This document shows positions 30,928 to 42,099 of a stretch of 64,000 nucleotides of DNA, piece by piece. Within the stretch, counting starts at the first letter, position 1, and the number at the start of each line of letters is the position of its first letter. Position numbers and translations under genes: made by a program. Source of the stretch: Atribacterota bacterium. GTDB lineage: Bacteria; Atribacterota; Phoenicimicrobiia; Phoenicimicrobiales; Stramentimicrobiaceae. Under the pieces are notes generated by a model. The model was not told the DNA's origin and made no database searches. It was given only the letters and a program-made list of their open reading frames with translations. The DNA is taken from positions 32,001 to 96,000 of the forward strand of contig JAXGNR010000004.1 in NCBI GenBank assembly GCA_040767965.1, in the 5' to 3' direction.

Positions 30928-31145
30928 TAAAATAATTTTTAATATTTTAATATCTGAAAGTATAAAAGAAGAGAATAGATTACAGAAAAATGATTTAGTG
31001 TTTCCTGGATACATTGGTTTCAGGAGACATGTAAATAAATATTGTTTTTTGTTAGAGTTAAAAAATAAAAATGCAATTAAACTTTCCAAAAATATGCAAT
31101 AAATAATTTTCAAAATGAGGATTGTCAGAAAGGAAGCATTTTAAA

Positions 31146-31688
31146 TTGGAATATTCACACACGTCAATAATTATGAGCCAAAGGGATATTGACAGGACTT
31201 TGCTTAGAATGTCACATGAAATAATTGAAAAAAATAAAGGTGTGAAAGATTTAGGTATTATTGGTATTAAAACCAGAGGAGAGTATTTAGCCAGAAGGAT
31301 TGCTGAAATAGTATTTAACATTGAAAAAACTGCTATACCAGTAGGTGTTTTAGATATAACTCTCTACAGGGACGACTTAAAAGAAAAACAGCCCAATGCT
31401 ATTATCATGAAAACAGAAATACCATTTCAAGTTGAAGATAAAAAAATTTTACTGATAGATGATGTTCTCTATACTGGAAGAACAATCAGGGCAGCCATGG
31501 ACGCTATAGTTGATATGGGTAGGCCAAAATGTATTCAACTGGCAGTATTAATTGATCGAGGTCACCGGGAATTACCAATAAGAGCTGATTATGTTGGCAA
31601 AAACGTTCCTACTTCTCATCGTGAAATTGTTAAAGTAAGATTAGGTGAAATAGACTCAATGAACAAAGTAGAAATAATTAAAAAATAA
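31146..31688 (+). CDS. pyrR: Bifunctional pyr operon regulator / uracil phosphoribosyltransferase
   Basis: [22 protein letters not shown] and [20 protein letters not shown] at 31146 follows SD AAAGGA. Confidence 0.95.
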   Translation: MEYSHTSIIMSQRDIDRTLLRMSHEIIEKNKGVKDLGIIGIKTRGEYLARRIAEIVFNIEKTAIPVGVLDITLYRDDLKEKQPNAIIMKTEIPFQVEDKKILLIDDVLYTGRTIRAAMDAIVDMGRPKCIQLAVLIDRGHRELPIRADYVGKNVPTSHREIVKVRLGEIDSMNKVEIIKK

Positions 31689-31779
31689 TTATATTTTTAA
31701 CCGTTTATGGTAGTTAGATTTTGCTAATGAAAGAGTTAATAACTGAAAATAGTTTTAAAGTCGAAGAAGGGGGATTGTT

Positions 31780-33759
31780 ATGCTGAAAGATGTTGCTAAT
31801 ATTATTCGGGGTTTATCGGTTGATGCCGTAGAAAAGGCCAACTCAGGACATCCGGGATTGCCTTTAGGTTGTGCTGAAATAGGTGCAGTATTATTTGGAG
31901 AAATACTAAAACATGATCCCGGCAAACCAGATTGGGTTGACCGGGATCGTTTTGTTCTGTCAGCTGGACATGGGTCAGCTCTATTATATGCATTATTACA
32001 TTTGTCTGGATATGAATTATCAATACAAGATATTATGAATTTTCGGAAAATAAACTCCAAAACTCCCGGGCATCCTGAATATAGGCATACTCCCGGAGTA
32101 GAAACTACCTCCGGACCATTAGGTCAAGGATTTGCTAATGCAGTGGGGATGGCTTTAGCTGAAAAAATGCTGGCAGCAAGATTCAACGATGAGGGATTTA
32201 ACATCTTTGATCATTATACATATGTATTAGCTGGAGATGGTTGTATGATGGAAGGAATAACTTCCGAAGCAGCCTCTCTGGCAGGACACCTGGGATTAGG
32301 AAAATTAATAGTTGTCTATGATCAGAATTTTATTTCTCTGGCAGCTGAAACAGAGGTAACTTTTACTGAATCCGTTGCAGAAAGGTTTCAGGCTTATAAT
32401 TGGCAGGTAATTACCAATATAAACGGGCATGATATAGACGAATTAAAAAGTGCATTTATAAAAGCTAAAGAGGATAATAATCGGCCTACTATTATTATAG
32501 CCAAAACCCATATTGGCTTTGGCGCTCCAACAAAGCAGGATACTCCAGTGGCTCATGGGGCCCCACTGGGTAAAGATGAAGTTGAAGGACTGAAGAAAAA
32601 TATTGGTTTACCTCTGTCTGAAACATTTTACATTAGCCAAAAGGTCCGCGAATATTTTAAAAATACAAGATTTAAATTGCAAAAAGAAAGAGAATTATGG
32701 GAAGAAAGATTTAATGGATGGGCCAAAAAATTTCCTCAAAAAAAAATGCAATGGCAACAGGGATTGTCTTTAGAAATACCGGAGAATTTAGATTTTTCAA
32801 GTATTGATTTTAATGAAAAAACTGCCACCAGAAATGCCTCTGGAAAAATATTAAATTTTATTGCTGAAAAAATACCTTATCTGGTTGGAGGATCAGCAGA
32901 CCTTTCTCCTTCTACCAAAACCTATCTGAATAATTTTTCAGAAGTTCAAAAGAATTTTTTTCAGGGAAGAAACATACGTTTTGGAGTAAGAGAACATGCC
33001 ATGGCTGCAATATGTAACGGAATTTCTCTCCATAAAGGGTTACGCCCATATTGTTCTACTTTTCTGGTCTTTTCTGATTATATGAGACCAGCTATCAGAC
33101 TATCTGCTTTAATGAATTTACCTATAATCTATATTTTTACTCATGATTCAATTTATGTAGGGGAAGATGGACCTACTCATCAACCTGTTGAACATTTAGA
33201 ATCATTGCGGATGATTCCTAATTTAAAAGTAATCCGCCCTGCAGATAGTGAGGAAGTAAAAGCTGCCTGGCAGATTATTTTAGAAAAAAATGAAGGACCC
33301 ACAGCATTGATATTATCCCGCCAGGATTTGCCTAAATTGCAAAATACTTTAGACATTAATGATTTCAGAATGGGTGGATATATTGTATCAAAAAAAGAAA
33401 TTGACCCTGATGTGGTAATTATTGCTAGTGGAAGCGAGGCGGAAACTGCGCTTCAAGTACAGAAAATATTAGAAAATGAAAATATTTCTTGCAGGATTAT
33501 TTCCATGCCTGACCGGGAAGAATTTGCTGGACAAAATGAAAATTATCAAAAAAAACTTCTGGGAAAAGAAAATAATATCAAGGTTATTATTGAGGCAGCC
33601 AGCGGGCAGGGCTGGTATGAGGTTATTTCAAATATTTCATTAGGTATATTTATCCGCTCTTTTGGAATAAGCGGTCCTGGAGAAGAAGTAGCCAAAGAAT
33701 TAGGATTTGATGCTGCTGAAATAGCAAAAAAAATTATAAATATAAAAAAATATAATTAA
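31780..33759 (+). CDS. tkt: Transketolase
   Basis: SGHPG, DRDRFVLSAGHGS, GDGCMMEG (TPP motif), FGVREHAM and GEDGPTHQP. Confidence 0.97.
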   Translation: MLKDVANIIRGLSVDAVEKANSGHPGLPLGCAEIGAVLFGEILKHDPGKPDWVDRDRFVLSAGHGSALLYALLHLSGYELSIQDIMNFRKINSKTPGHPEYRHTPGVETTSGPLGQGFANAVGMALAEKMLAARFNDEGFNIFDHYTYVLAGDGCMMEGITSEAASLAGHLGLGKLIVVYDQNFISLAAETEVTFTESVAERFQAYNWQVITNINGHDIDELKSAFIKAKEDNNRPTIIIAKTHIGFGAPTKQDTPVAHGAPLGKDEVEGLKKNIGLPLSETFYISQKVREYFKNTRFKLQKERELWEERFNGWAKKFPQKKMQWQQGLSLEIPENLDFSSIDFNEKTATRNASGKILNFIAEKIPYLVGGSADLSPSTKTYLNNFSEVQKNFFQGRNIRFGVREHAMAAICNGISLHKGLRPYCSTFLVFSDYMRPAIRLSALMNLPIIYIFTHDSIYVGEDGPTHQPVEHLESLRMIPNLKVIRPADSEEVKAAWQIILEKNEGPTALILSRQDLPKLQNTLDINDFRMGGYIVSKKEIDPDVVIIASGSEAETALQVQKILENENISCRIISMPDREEFAGQNENYQKKLLGKENNIKVIIEAASGQGWYEVISNISLGIFIRSFGISGPGEEVAKELGFDAAEIAKKIINIKKYN

Positions 33760-33780
33760 ACAATTAAAAAGGGGGAGTTT

Positions 33781-35004
33781 ATGTTCGTAACAGATAATGT
33801 TTGGGATTTTAAAATAGCAGGCCGTATTAAATTTGGATTAGATGCAGTACAAGAATTAAAAAATGAAATAGAAAATATTGCCGGAGCTAATATTGTCTTG
33901 ATAACTGATGAAGGAATCAAAAAAGCCGGTATCCTTGATTACATAAAAGACATTTTAAAAGGTCAAAAGGTATTTATTTATGATAAAGTTGCAGCAGATC
34001 CTGATTTAAAAAATTTTGAAGAAGCCCTGGATTTTTCCAAGAAAAATAAAGGAGAAATATTTATTGGATTAGGAGGAGGCAGCTCTATAGATATAGCAAA
34101 AGTAGTATCAGTTGTAGCTATGTATGGTGGAGATATCATGGACTATATTGCACCACCTAATGGTAAAGGAAAATCTATTAAAGGAAATGGGTATACCATG
34201 ATTGCAATCCCCACAACTTCCGGTACAGGATCCGGGTGTCTCCAGCTGCTGTACTAACTCTTTCTGAAAAAGAATTAAAGGTTGGAATATCCAGTCAATA
34301 TATCAGGCCTGATTTAGCAATTGTTGATCCAGTCTTAACGGTATCTGTTCCACCCCATATTACCGCTTCTACCGGCATTGATGCCTTAAGTCATGCCATT
34401 GAAAGCTATGCAACTAAGAGGTTTGATCATAAGAAAAAACCAGTATCTGCTGGAGAAAGACCTATTTATGGCGGAGCTAATGTTTTTACTGATTTATTTG
34501 CGGAAAAGTCGATAGAATTAATAGCCCAAAATCTAAGAAAAGCTTTTAATAATGGGCAAAATCTTGAAGCAAGAAAAAATATGTCTCTAGCCAGCTTGAT
34601 GGCAGGTATCAGCTTTACCAATGCAGGATTAGGACTGGTTCATGCTTTATCCTTTCCTCTTGGAGAAAATTCCATGCCCACGGAATTTCCATTGCAACAT
34701 TGCCTGCTGTCATGGAATTTAATGCAGCAATTAATTTTTCAGTATACAAAAAAATTGCACTTCTAATGGGCGAAGATATTCAAAATCTATCCGAAAGAGA
34801 AGCTGCCTTAAGATCAGTAAAAGCAGTTAGAGAGTTATGTGCAGATATAAATATTCCTAACATTTCTTCCTTTTGGTGTAAAAAAGGCATTTGCCGCTGA
34901 TTGCCAGAGATACAATGACAATACAAAGATTGTTATCTGGTAATCCCAGACTTACTACAGAAGAAGATGTTTTAAAGATTTGTCAGAACGCTTATGCAGG
35001 TTAA
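33781..35004 (+). pseudogene. Iron-containing alcohol dehydrogenase, hydroxyacid-oxoacid transhydrogenase-like; several frameshifts
   Basis: GGGSSID, PTTSGTGS(E)V, DALSHAIES, RPIYGGAN, GLVHAL and the end QRLLSGNPR...AYAG-TAA are spread over several frames. Indels near 34233, 34662 and 34870-34890. Confidence 0.8.
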
Positions 35005-35085
35005 AGCAAATTAAATTTGACTTTAAAATATATTGTTAAAATATTGGTAACAATTAAATATGGATCACCTCACTTTTATTCTGAA

Positions 35086-35268
35086 GTGGGGTAGAGGCGC
35101 GAATGATTAAGAGTACTGATAATGAGCTGAGCAGCAATGAATTATCAGAAAAGGAATCTTCGCCGAAGTCTGGCATCTGATGCTCTAGGATCCGGCTGGG
35201 ACTATGATCAACAATCATAGCACTGTCATCAAAGACAGCTCCCGGTCTTTGATGGTGCGCTATCTCAT
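35086..35268 (+). ncRNA. Lysine riboswitch (L-box)
   Basis: GTAGAGGCGC, AAGAGTA, AAAAGG...GCCGAA, CTGGG, ACTGTC, a P5 hairpin and GCGCTATC closing P1. Upstream of the lysA-dap operon. Confidence 0.93.
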
Positions 35269-35312
35269 CGAGGAGAGACAAAAGGGAGGTACAAATTAAT
35301 TTACTTTTTATC

Positions 35313-35356
35313 AAGAGCAATCGATGAGCTCAGCGCTTATTGATTGCTCTTTTTTT
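35313..35356 (+). terminator. Attenuator terminator of the lysine riboswitch
   Basis: AAGAGCAATC...GATTGCTCTT followed by a T-tract, before the lysA SD. Confidence 0.8.
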
Positions 35357-35400
35357 ATAAAAGAGAATGACAAGATTTATTTAAATTAAGGAGGAAGTGA

Positions 35401-36729
35401 ATGGCTGAAAACTTGATGCCAGAAATACTAAATAGAAGAGGTTTTAGTATTGGAGAAAAGAATGATTTATTGTTTGAAGAAAGTTTACAAGAGATAGCTG
35501 ATAGATATGGTACTCCCTGTTATATTTATTCAGAAAAATATTATCCGCCAGCAATGCCGGGATTATTCTGCTTCATTTACCAATAGTAAAATCGATTACA
35601 AGATTATCTATGCAGGTAAAGCTTTTTTAGTAAAGCACTTTGTAAAATATTAGCCCAAGAAGGTTTGGGAATTGATGCTTCTTCTGGTGGTGAAATTCAT
35701 ACTGCACTTTCTGCAGGTTTCCCTGCAGAAGATATCTTATTTTCATGGTAATAATAAATCAAAAGATGAATTAATATGCTGTAAAAATAATATTGGTACT
35801 ATTATGGTAAACAATCTGTTTGAATTAGCCTTGCTGGATAAAATTGCGAGTGATTTTAATAAAAAGTAAATATCATGATAAGATTTATTCCTGGAGTAGA
35901 TACTTATACACATGAAAAAATAAGAACAGGACAGGTAGATTCAAAATTTGGAATACCTATAGCCAAACTGGAGGATGTTTTCCCGGAAATACTCCAGAAG
36001 AAAAACCTGAACTATACCGGAATACATTGTCATATAGGTTCTCAGCTATTAGAAACCCAATTCCATCTCCAGGCAATTACCGAGATGGGGCACGCCATTC
36101 AAAGGATTAAGGATAAGTTCGGGATTGAAACCAGGAACCTGAATATAGGCGGAGGATTAGGAGTAAAATATACCGGTGACGATAAACCGGTAGCTGTAAA
36201 AGATTTTGTAGATATAATCATAAACAAATTTAAAGAAACCTGCCAGGAATTAAAAATACCTGTTCCCAGAATAATCATTGAACCAGGCAGATCTATTGTG
36301 GCAGAAGCAGGGATTACTCTTTATCAGGTGGGGGCTATAAAAAAAATAGATGGATTAAAAAAATACCTTCTTGTTAATGGTGGTATGGCAGATAATCCCA
36401 GGCCCAGCCTGTATGATGCCAAATATGAAGCAGTAATTGTTAATAAATTCAATCAAAAACCTGCTGAAGATGTTACTATTGCCGGAAAATACTGTGAATC
36501 TGGAGATATCTTAATAAAAAATATAAAATTACCTGAAGCTGATCATGGAGATTTAATAGTTTTCTTTTCAACAGGGGCTTATCATCATGCTATGGCTAGT
36601 AACTATAATGGAATACCAAGACCGGCAGTTGTATTGGTAAACAAAGGGAAAGATGATCTAATGGTGAAAAGAGAAACTTATGATGATCTAAACAATAATC
36701 ATGTTTTACCAGCCTGGCTAAAAAATTAA
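35401..36729 (+). pseudogene. lysA: Diaminopimelate decarboxylase; several frameshifts in the 5' third (probably consensus errors)
   Basis: YGTPCYIYS, YAGKAF (PLP Lys), SGGE and HGNNKS occur in shifting frames. The 3' part is intact: HCHIGSQ, NIGGG, EPGRS, CESGD, GAY. Confidence 0.9.
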
Positions 36730-36777
36730 AGTGCACAAATAAGTGCAGTAAAAAAGTACAATTAAAGGAATAAAAAT

Positions 36778-37638
36778 ATGAAAATTGATTTTGTTAAAAT
36801 GCATGGTATCGGAAATGATTTTATTGTCATAGATTATTTTTCAAAACCAGTTCCTGCAGAAATTGATTTTAATCAATTGGCAAAGAAGTTATGCCATCGT
36901 CATTTTGGAATCGGGGGAGATGGTTTAATATTGGTTCTGGCTTCTCAGCTATATGATTTCAGGATGAGGATATTTAATTTTGATGGGAGCGAGCCGCAAA
37001 TGTGCGGAAATGGAATACGCTGTTTTGCCAGATATGTTTATGAAAACAATTTAACAAATAAGAGAAAATTTTCTGTAGAAACCTTAGCCGGAGAGATTAT
37101 CCCAGAACTTGTGTTTAAACCTTCAACCAATATTTTAGAGGGCGTTAAAGTAGATATGGGGAAACCTCGTTTAACCAGAAAAGAAATTCCTATGACAGGA
37201 ATAAATATGGAAAGCAAGGTCATTAATGAGAATATTTCTTTAGAAAATAAAGAAAAATACAATATAACATGTGTTTCCATGGGCAATCCCCATTGTGTAA
37301 TATTTGTAGAGAATGTAGATATTTTTCCGGTAACAGAAGTCGGACCTCTTATAGAAAATAATTCTTTATTCCCTGAAAAAACAAATGTTGAGTTTATTCA
37401 GCTGCTAAATAAGCAAGAGATAAAATTCAGAGTTTGGGAAAGAGGAGTAGGAGAAACAATGGCTTGTGGAACTGGTGCAAGTGCGGCAGTTGTAGCAGGT
37501 GTTTTAAATAAAAATCTTTCTCCTGATAGTATTGTTCATCTAAGAGGCGGTGATTTGCGTATTCAATGGGAAGATGATGGACATGTTTATATGACCGGTG
37601 CTGCTGAAAATGTCTTTACCGGTTCTGTGGAAATATAG
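36778..37638 (+). CDS. dapF: Diaminopimelate epimerase
   Basis: KMHGIGNDF, MCGNGIRC, SMGNPH and ERGVGETMACGTG. Confidence 0.97.
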   Translation: MKIDFVKMHGIGNDFIVIDYFSKPVPAEIDFNQLAKKLCHRHFGIGGDGLILVLASQLYDFRMRIFNFDGSEPQMCGNGIRCFARYVYENNLTNKRKFSVETLAGEIIPELVFKPSTNILEGVKVDMGKPRLTRKEIPMTGINMESKVINENISLENKEKYNITCVSMGNPHCVIFVENVDIFPVTEVGPLIENNSLFPEKTNVEFIQLLNKQEIKFRVWERGVGETMACGTGASAAVVAGVLNKNLSPDSIVHLRGGDLRIQWEDDGHVYMTGAAENVFTGSVEI

Positions 37639-37690
37639 AATATCTAAGGATTATTAGAAAAATCAAAGAAAAGAAAGGAATATTGATAGA

Positions 37691-38866
37691 ATGAGAATTG
37701 CACAAAGAATTAAAAATGTACCACCCTATCTTTTTGCAGAAATAGATAAGAAAAAAGAAGCTGCTCTAGCGAAAGGTGTAGATATAATTAATTTAGGAAT
37801 AGGAGATCCTGATAAACCAACACCTGCACACATTATTGAAAAATTAAATGAAAGTGCCAGGAATCCAAAAACACATGACTATCCTCCTTATGAAGGAACA
37901 AAAGAATTTAGAACAGCAGTAACAAGCTGGTTTTTGCAAAGATTTGGTGTCAGGCTAGATCCGGATAAAGAAGTTATTTCTTTAATTGGTTCAAAAGAAG
38001 GAATTGCCCATGTCTTTTTGGCATTTGTAGATCCCGGGGATATCACTTTAATACCTGATCCGGCATATCCGGTTTATAAAACAGGAACTTTGTTTGCTAA
38101 TGGTGAGCCATATTTTATGCCATTATTGGAAGAAAATGGGTATTTACCAGATCTGGATAGTATTGATGGAAATATTGCTAAAAAGGCTAAATTGATTTTT
38201 TTAAACTATCCCAATAATCCCACCGGTGCAGTAGCAGATAAGAATTACTTTAAAAAAGTTGTAGACTTTGCCAGAAAGTATGACCTTCTAATATGTCATG
38301 ATATTGCTTATTCAGAATTATCTTTTGATGATTATAAAGCCCCCAGTTTTCTGGAAATAGAAGGGGCTAAAGATATCTGCATTGAATTCCATTCACTTTC
38401 AAAGCCATATAATATGACTGGATGGAGAATAGGTTTTGCGGTTGGCGGCCAAGAAGCAATATCTGCTCTCTCTATTGTTAAAACAAATATTGATTCTGGA
38501 ATATTTAAAGCTATCCAGGAAGCAGGAATAGCTGCTTTAACCGGACCGCAAGATCATATTCCACAGTTAATAAAAATGTATACTGAAAGAAGAAATGCAG
38601 TAGTAGAAGGATTTAATGCATTAGGTTGGAATATAAAACCTCCTAAAGCAACTTTTTATGTATGGGTTCCCACTCCTGAAAATATGAGCGCAATAGACTT
38701 TGCCAATCAGGTTCTAGAAAAAACAGGTATTATTGTTACACCGGGAATTGGCTATGGGCAATATGGTGAAGGTTATATCAGGATTGCTCTTACAGTTGAT
38801 GTTCCTAGAATTGAAGAAGCAATTAACAGGTTAAAACAGGCTGGTATAAGGTATAAAAATAATTAA
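37691..38866 (+). CDS. dapL: LL-diaminopimelate aminotransferase
   Basis: [22 protein letters not shown] and [14 protein letters not shown] (class I/II PLP). Sits in a dap operon that lacks dapD/dapE. Confidence 0.85.
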   Translation: MRIAQRIKNVPPYLFAEIDKKKEAALAKGVDIINLGIGDPDKPTPAHIIEKLNESARNPKTHDYPPYEGTKEFRTAVTSWFLQRFGVRLDPDKEVISLIGSKEGIAHVFLAFVDPGDITLIPDPAYPVYKTGTLFANGEPYFMPLLEENGYLPDLDSIDGNIAKKAKLIFLNYPNNPTGAVADKNYFKKVVDFARKYDLLICHDIAYSELSFDDYKAPSFLEIEGAKDICIEFHSLSKPYNMTGWRIGFAVGGQEAISALSIVKTNIDSGIFKAIQEAGIAALTGPQDHIPQLIKMYTERRNAVVEGFNALGWNIKPPKATFYVWVPTPENMSAIDFANQVLEKTGIIVTPGIGYGQYGEGYIRIALTVDVPRIEEAINRLKQAGIRYKNN

Positions 38867-38949
38867 TTTATGTAGTATTTGTACGTTGAGGATTAAAGTA
38901 ATAAATATTAACTGGTAAAGTAAGAATAAACAATATTTATAGAGCCGAG

Positions 38950-40191
38950 GTGATTACTATAAGATATGTTGTAAAATTTGGTGGAACTAGCATTCAGGAT
39001 GTAGAACGGATGGAAAAAGCTACTCAGGCCATTATCAAAAAAAGAAAAGAAGGAAATGAAATAATAGTTGTAGTTTCAGCAATGGGTGATACTACGGATA
39101 ATTTAATATCATTATTAGATGGTGTCACTAAAAAAGCTTATGATTTAGCTGATTATGCGGAATTTGTGTCTTTTGGAGAAAGAATGAGTGCACGATTATT
39201 GGTGACTTCTTTAAAAGCAAATGGATTTGATTCTGCTTTTTTTGAACCAGCCAGAGAAGATTTTCCGATTATTACTAAGGCAGAAAACATTCTGGAAGCA
39301 GAAATTTTACCTGAGGAAAGTAAGAAACAATGCCTGAAATATTTAGAACCCTTACTGAAAAAAGGAGTTGTACCTGTTGTCTGCGGGTTTTTAGGCCGAA
39401 GTGTCCAGGATGGAGCTATTACCTGTCTGGGCAGAGGAGGGAGTGATGTTACTGCTTTTGCTTTAGCTAATTTTGTTCAGGCAGATGAAGTTATTATTGT
39501 GACTGATGCTATGGGTGTTGCCTCTGCTGATCCAAGGATTATTAAAAAAGTGGAAACACTCCCTAAAATAAGTGTAGAAGAAATGGGTTTGTTGGCTGAA
39601 GGAGGTGCGCAAGTATTGCATCCAAGAGCCTTAAATTTTAAAGAAAGTACTATGAAAGCAAAAATAATACATTTTCAGGATGGAGACCTGGACTCTCCAG
39701 GGACAGAAATAGAAGGTAGTTTTACCAGTAGAATTAGTGTATTTCAAGAAAAATTATGTTTACTAACTATAGTTGGGGAAAAAATATTAGAAACTTCTGG
39801 TATCTTAAAAGAGATAACAGCCTCCCTGTCAAAATACAAAATAAGCATTCAAGGTATTGCTATGGGGTTGCAGTATATTGGCATATATGTTTATGAAAAA
39901 TATTGCCAGAAGGCATATGATTTAGTTCACCCTGCCGTACTGAAAAATGATAGTTTAAAATCGGTTACTTCAAAAAAAGAGATAGCTTTGATTGTAGTAA
40001 GTAGCAGACATTTTATTGATACTCCTGGAATTATTGAAAAAATATCTCGACCGTTAGCCGAACATCATATCAATATTTTGGAAATGACAACAATTAAAAC
40101 TGATATATTAATATTTGTTGATTGGAAAAACAAAGATATTGCCAGTCAGCTGATAAGTGATTCACTAACTGATATAGGTATTATTAGTTAA
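38950..40191 (+). CDS. lysC: Aspartate kinase with two ACT domains
   Basis: VVKFGGTS, VVSAMG, GERMS, LGRGGSD, ADPR and VLHP. The start may be ATA at 38959. Confidence 0.92.
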   Translation: MITIRYVVKFGGTSIQDVERMEKATQAIIKKRKEGNEIIVVVSAMGDTTDNLISLLDGVTKKAYDLADYAEFVSFGERMSARLLVTSLKANGFDSAFFEPAREDFPIITKAENILEAEILPEESKKQCLKYLEPLLKKGVVPVVCGFLGRSVQDGAITCLGRGGSDVTAFALANFVQADEVIIVTDAMGVASADPRIIKKVETLPKISVEEMGLLAEGGAQVLHPRALNFKESTMKAKIIHFQDGDLDSPGTEIEGSFTSRISVFQEKLCLLTIVGEKILETSGILKEITASLSKYKISIQGIAMGLQYIGIYVYEKYCQKAYDLVHPAVLKNDSLKSVTSKKEIALIVVSSRHFIDTPGIIEKISRPLAEHHINILEMTTIKTDILIFVDWKNKDIASQLISDSLTDIGIIS

Positions 40192-40223
40192 TAAAAATTT
40201 ATTTAATAAGGAGGAATGAGAAA

Positions 40224-41108
40224 ATGTTTACAGGATCAATTGTGGCTATGATTACGCCTTTTGACCAAAACAATAAGATAGATGAACAGGGAATAAAAGA
40301 GCTGGTGGAGTTTCACATCAAAAATGGGACTGATGGTATTGTCCCATGCGGGACTACCGGAGAATCACCAACTTTAAGTCATGAAGAACATAAAAAGGTT
40401 ATTGAACTGACAATAAAAGCAGTAGCTGGAAGGGTTCCAGTTATTGCCGGCACAGGTTCAAATTCTACTGAAGAGGCAATTGATTTGACTGCCAGTGCTA
40501 AAGAAATGGGAGCAGATGGAGTATTGCTGGTTATGCCATATTACAATAAGCCTACCCAGAAAGGCCTTTATGAGCACTTTAAAACTATAGCCGAAAAAGT
40601 AGATATTCCGGGAATTATCTATAATGTACCTTCTCGTTCTGGTGTCAATATGTTGCCATCAACACTTGCTGAACTGGCTGAATTGAAGAATGTAGTGGCA
40701 GTAAAGGAGGCTAGTGGCAGTTTAGAACAGATGACTGAAATTATGTCTCTTTGTGGTGACAAAATTACTCTGTTATCTGGAGATGATAAAATTTTACTGC
40801 CTGTTTTATCTATTGGAGGTAAAGGAGTTATTTCTGTTGTTGCTAATATTATTCCCAAAGAAGTTTCAACAATGATAGAAGAATATCAACAGGGGAATTA
40901 TCAGCAGGCAAGAGAGATGTTTATGGATGTTATTTATCCTTTGAGTGATGCAATGTTTTATGAAACAAATCCGATTCCTGTAAAAACAGCAGCTGGCTTA
41001 ATGGGGTTGCCTGCTGGTGATTTAAGATTGCCGTTGTGCAGTATGGAAGAAGGGCATCTGATAAAACTTAAAACTCAGTTAAAACGTTTCGGACTATTGG
41101 AGGATTAA
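40224..41108 (+). CDS. dapA: 4-hydroxy-tetrahydrodipicolinate synthase
   Basis: GTTGES, PYYNKP, YNVPSR, KEASG and ETNPIPVK. Confidence 0.97.
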   Translation: MFTGSIVAMITPFDQNNKIDEQGIKELVEFHIKNGTDGIVPCGTTGESPTLSHEEHKKVIELTIKAVAGRVPVIAGTGSNSTEEAIDLTASAKEMGADGVLLVMPYYNKPTQKGLYEHFKTIAEKVDIPGIIYNVPSRSGVNMLPSTLAELAELKNVVAVKEASGSLEQMTEIMSLCGDKITLLSGDDKILLPVLSIGGKGVISVVANIIPKEVSTMIEEYQQGNYQQAREMFMDVIYPLSDAMFYETNPIPVKTAAGLMGLPAGDLRLPLCSMEEGHLIKLKTQLKRFGLLED

Positions 41109-41113
41109 TTATA

Positions 41114-41914
41114 ATGAATCGAGTAATAGTTTGTGGTGGATGCGGTAAAATGGCATCATTAATTGCCACCCAGGTATATCAAGATGCTGATTTACAGCTA
41201 GCCGGTATCGTGGAATTTCCTCAACACTCTTTATTGGGAAAAGATTGGGGAACGGTATTCGGAATGGGAGAAACCGGTATTATAGTCGAAAGTGATTTGG
41301 AAAAAGTGATTACACAAGGTGATGTAGTTGTTGAATTTACCAATCCTGATGCAACAATGGAACACTTAAATATTTGTTTAAAGCATAAGAAAGCAATGGT
41401 TATTGGTACAACTGGCTTGACCGATGAACAAAAAAAACAAATTGAAACAGTTTCTAAAAATATTCCAATTATTATTTCTCCAAATATGTCCTTAGGAGTT
41501 AATTTATTGTTTGAGCTAGTAAGAAAAGTGGCAGGCATATTGGATGATCAATACGATATTGAAATAGTTGAAACGCATCATCATTTCAAAAAAGATGCAC
41601 CCAGTGGTACTGCTGTTAAGATTGCTGAAATAATAGCTCAGGAAAAAAATATTGATTTAGCAGAAAAAGCTGTTTATGGACGATATGGAAATGTGGGAGA
41701 AAGGCAAAAGGGGGAGATTGGAATTCATGCTATCAGGGCTGGTAATATAAATGGAGAGCATACTATAATGTTTAATTCTTTAGGTGAAAGGCTAGAGTTA
41801 ACGCATAGAGCTTTTGGCAGAGAAGCTTTTGCCCAAGGTACAATAAAAGCAATTCATTTTATTGTAAAACAGCAAAGTGGATTATTTTCTATGAGAGAGG
41901 TTTTAAACCTGTAA
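41114..41914 (+). CDS. dapB: 4-hydroxy-tetrahydrodipicolinate reductase
   Basis: GGCGKM, IGTTG and ETHHHFKKDAPSGTA. Confidence 0.97.
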   Translation: MNRVIVCGGCGKMASLIATQVYQDADLQLAGIVEFPQHSLLGKDWGTVFGMGETGIIVESDLEKVITQGDVVVEFTNPDATMEHLNICLKHKKAMVIGTTGLTDEQKKQIETVSKNIPIIISPNMSLGVNLLFELVRKVAGILDDQYDIEIVETHHHFKKDAPSGTAVKIAEIIAQEKNIDLAEKAVYGRYGNVGERQKGEIGIHAIRAGNINGEHTIMFNSLGERLELTHRAFGREAFAQGTIKAIHFIVKQQSGLFSMREVLNL

Positions 41915-41928
41915 AAGACAATTTCTAC

Positions 41929-41970
41929 ATATGATGGATTTCCCTTGGGGGAGATCCATCATATTTTTTT
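41929..41970 (+). terminator. Intrinsic terminator of the lys/dap operon
   Basis: ATATGATGGATTTCCC-TTGG-GGGAGATCCATCATAT followed by a T-tract. Confidence 0.85.
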
Positions 41971-42099
41971 ATTTTTTATTGCTTACAAACTATCTTATTT
42001 TGTTTAAATTGAAATGTATTTTCTTCTTTGATTATAATTTTTCTCCCTACTTTATTGTGCTATAATATTATAAGAGTATTCTAAAAAAGAAAGGAGGAT

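Noticed and set aside
30999-31029. Hairpin TGTTTCCTG...CAGGAGACA upstream of pyrR as a PyrR attenuator
   Set aside because: It lacks the AGUCCAGAGAGG-type binding loop and a U-tract. At most it is a weak argF 3' hairpin.
35054-35320. 88-aa minus-strand ORF in the lysA leader
   Set aside because: It is antisense to the lysine riboswitch, whose higher GC content explains the open frame.
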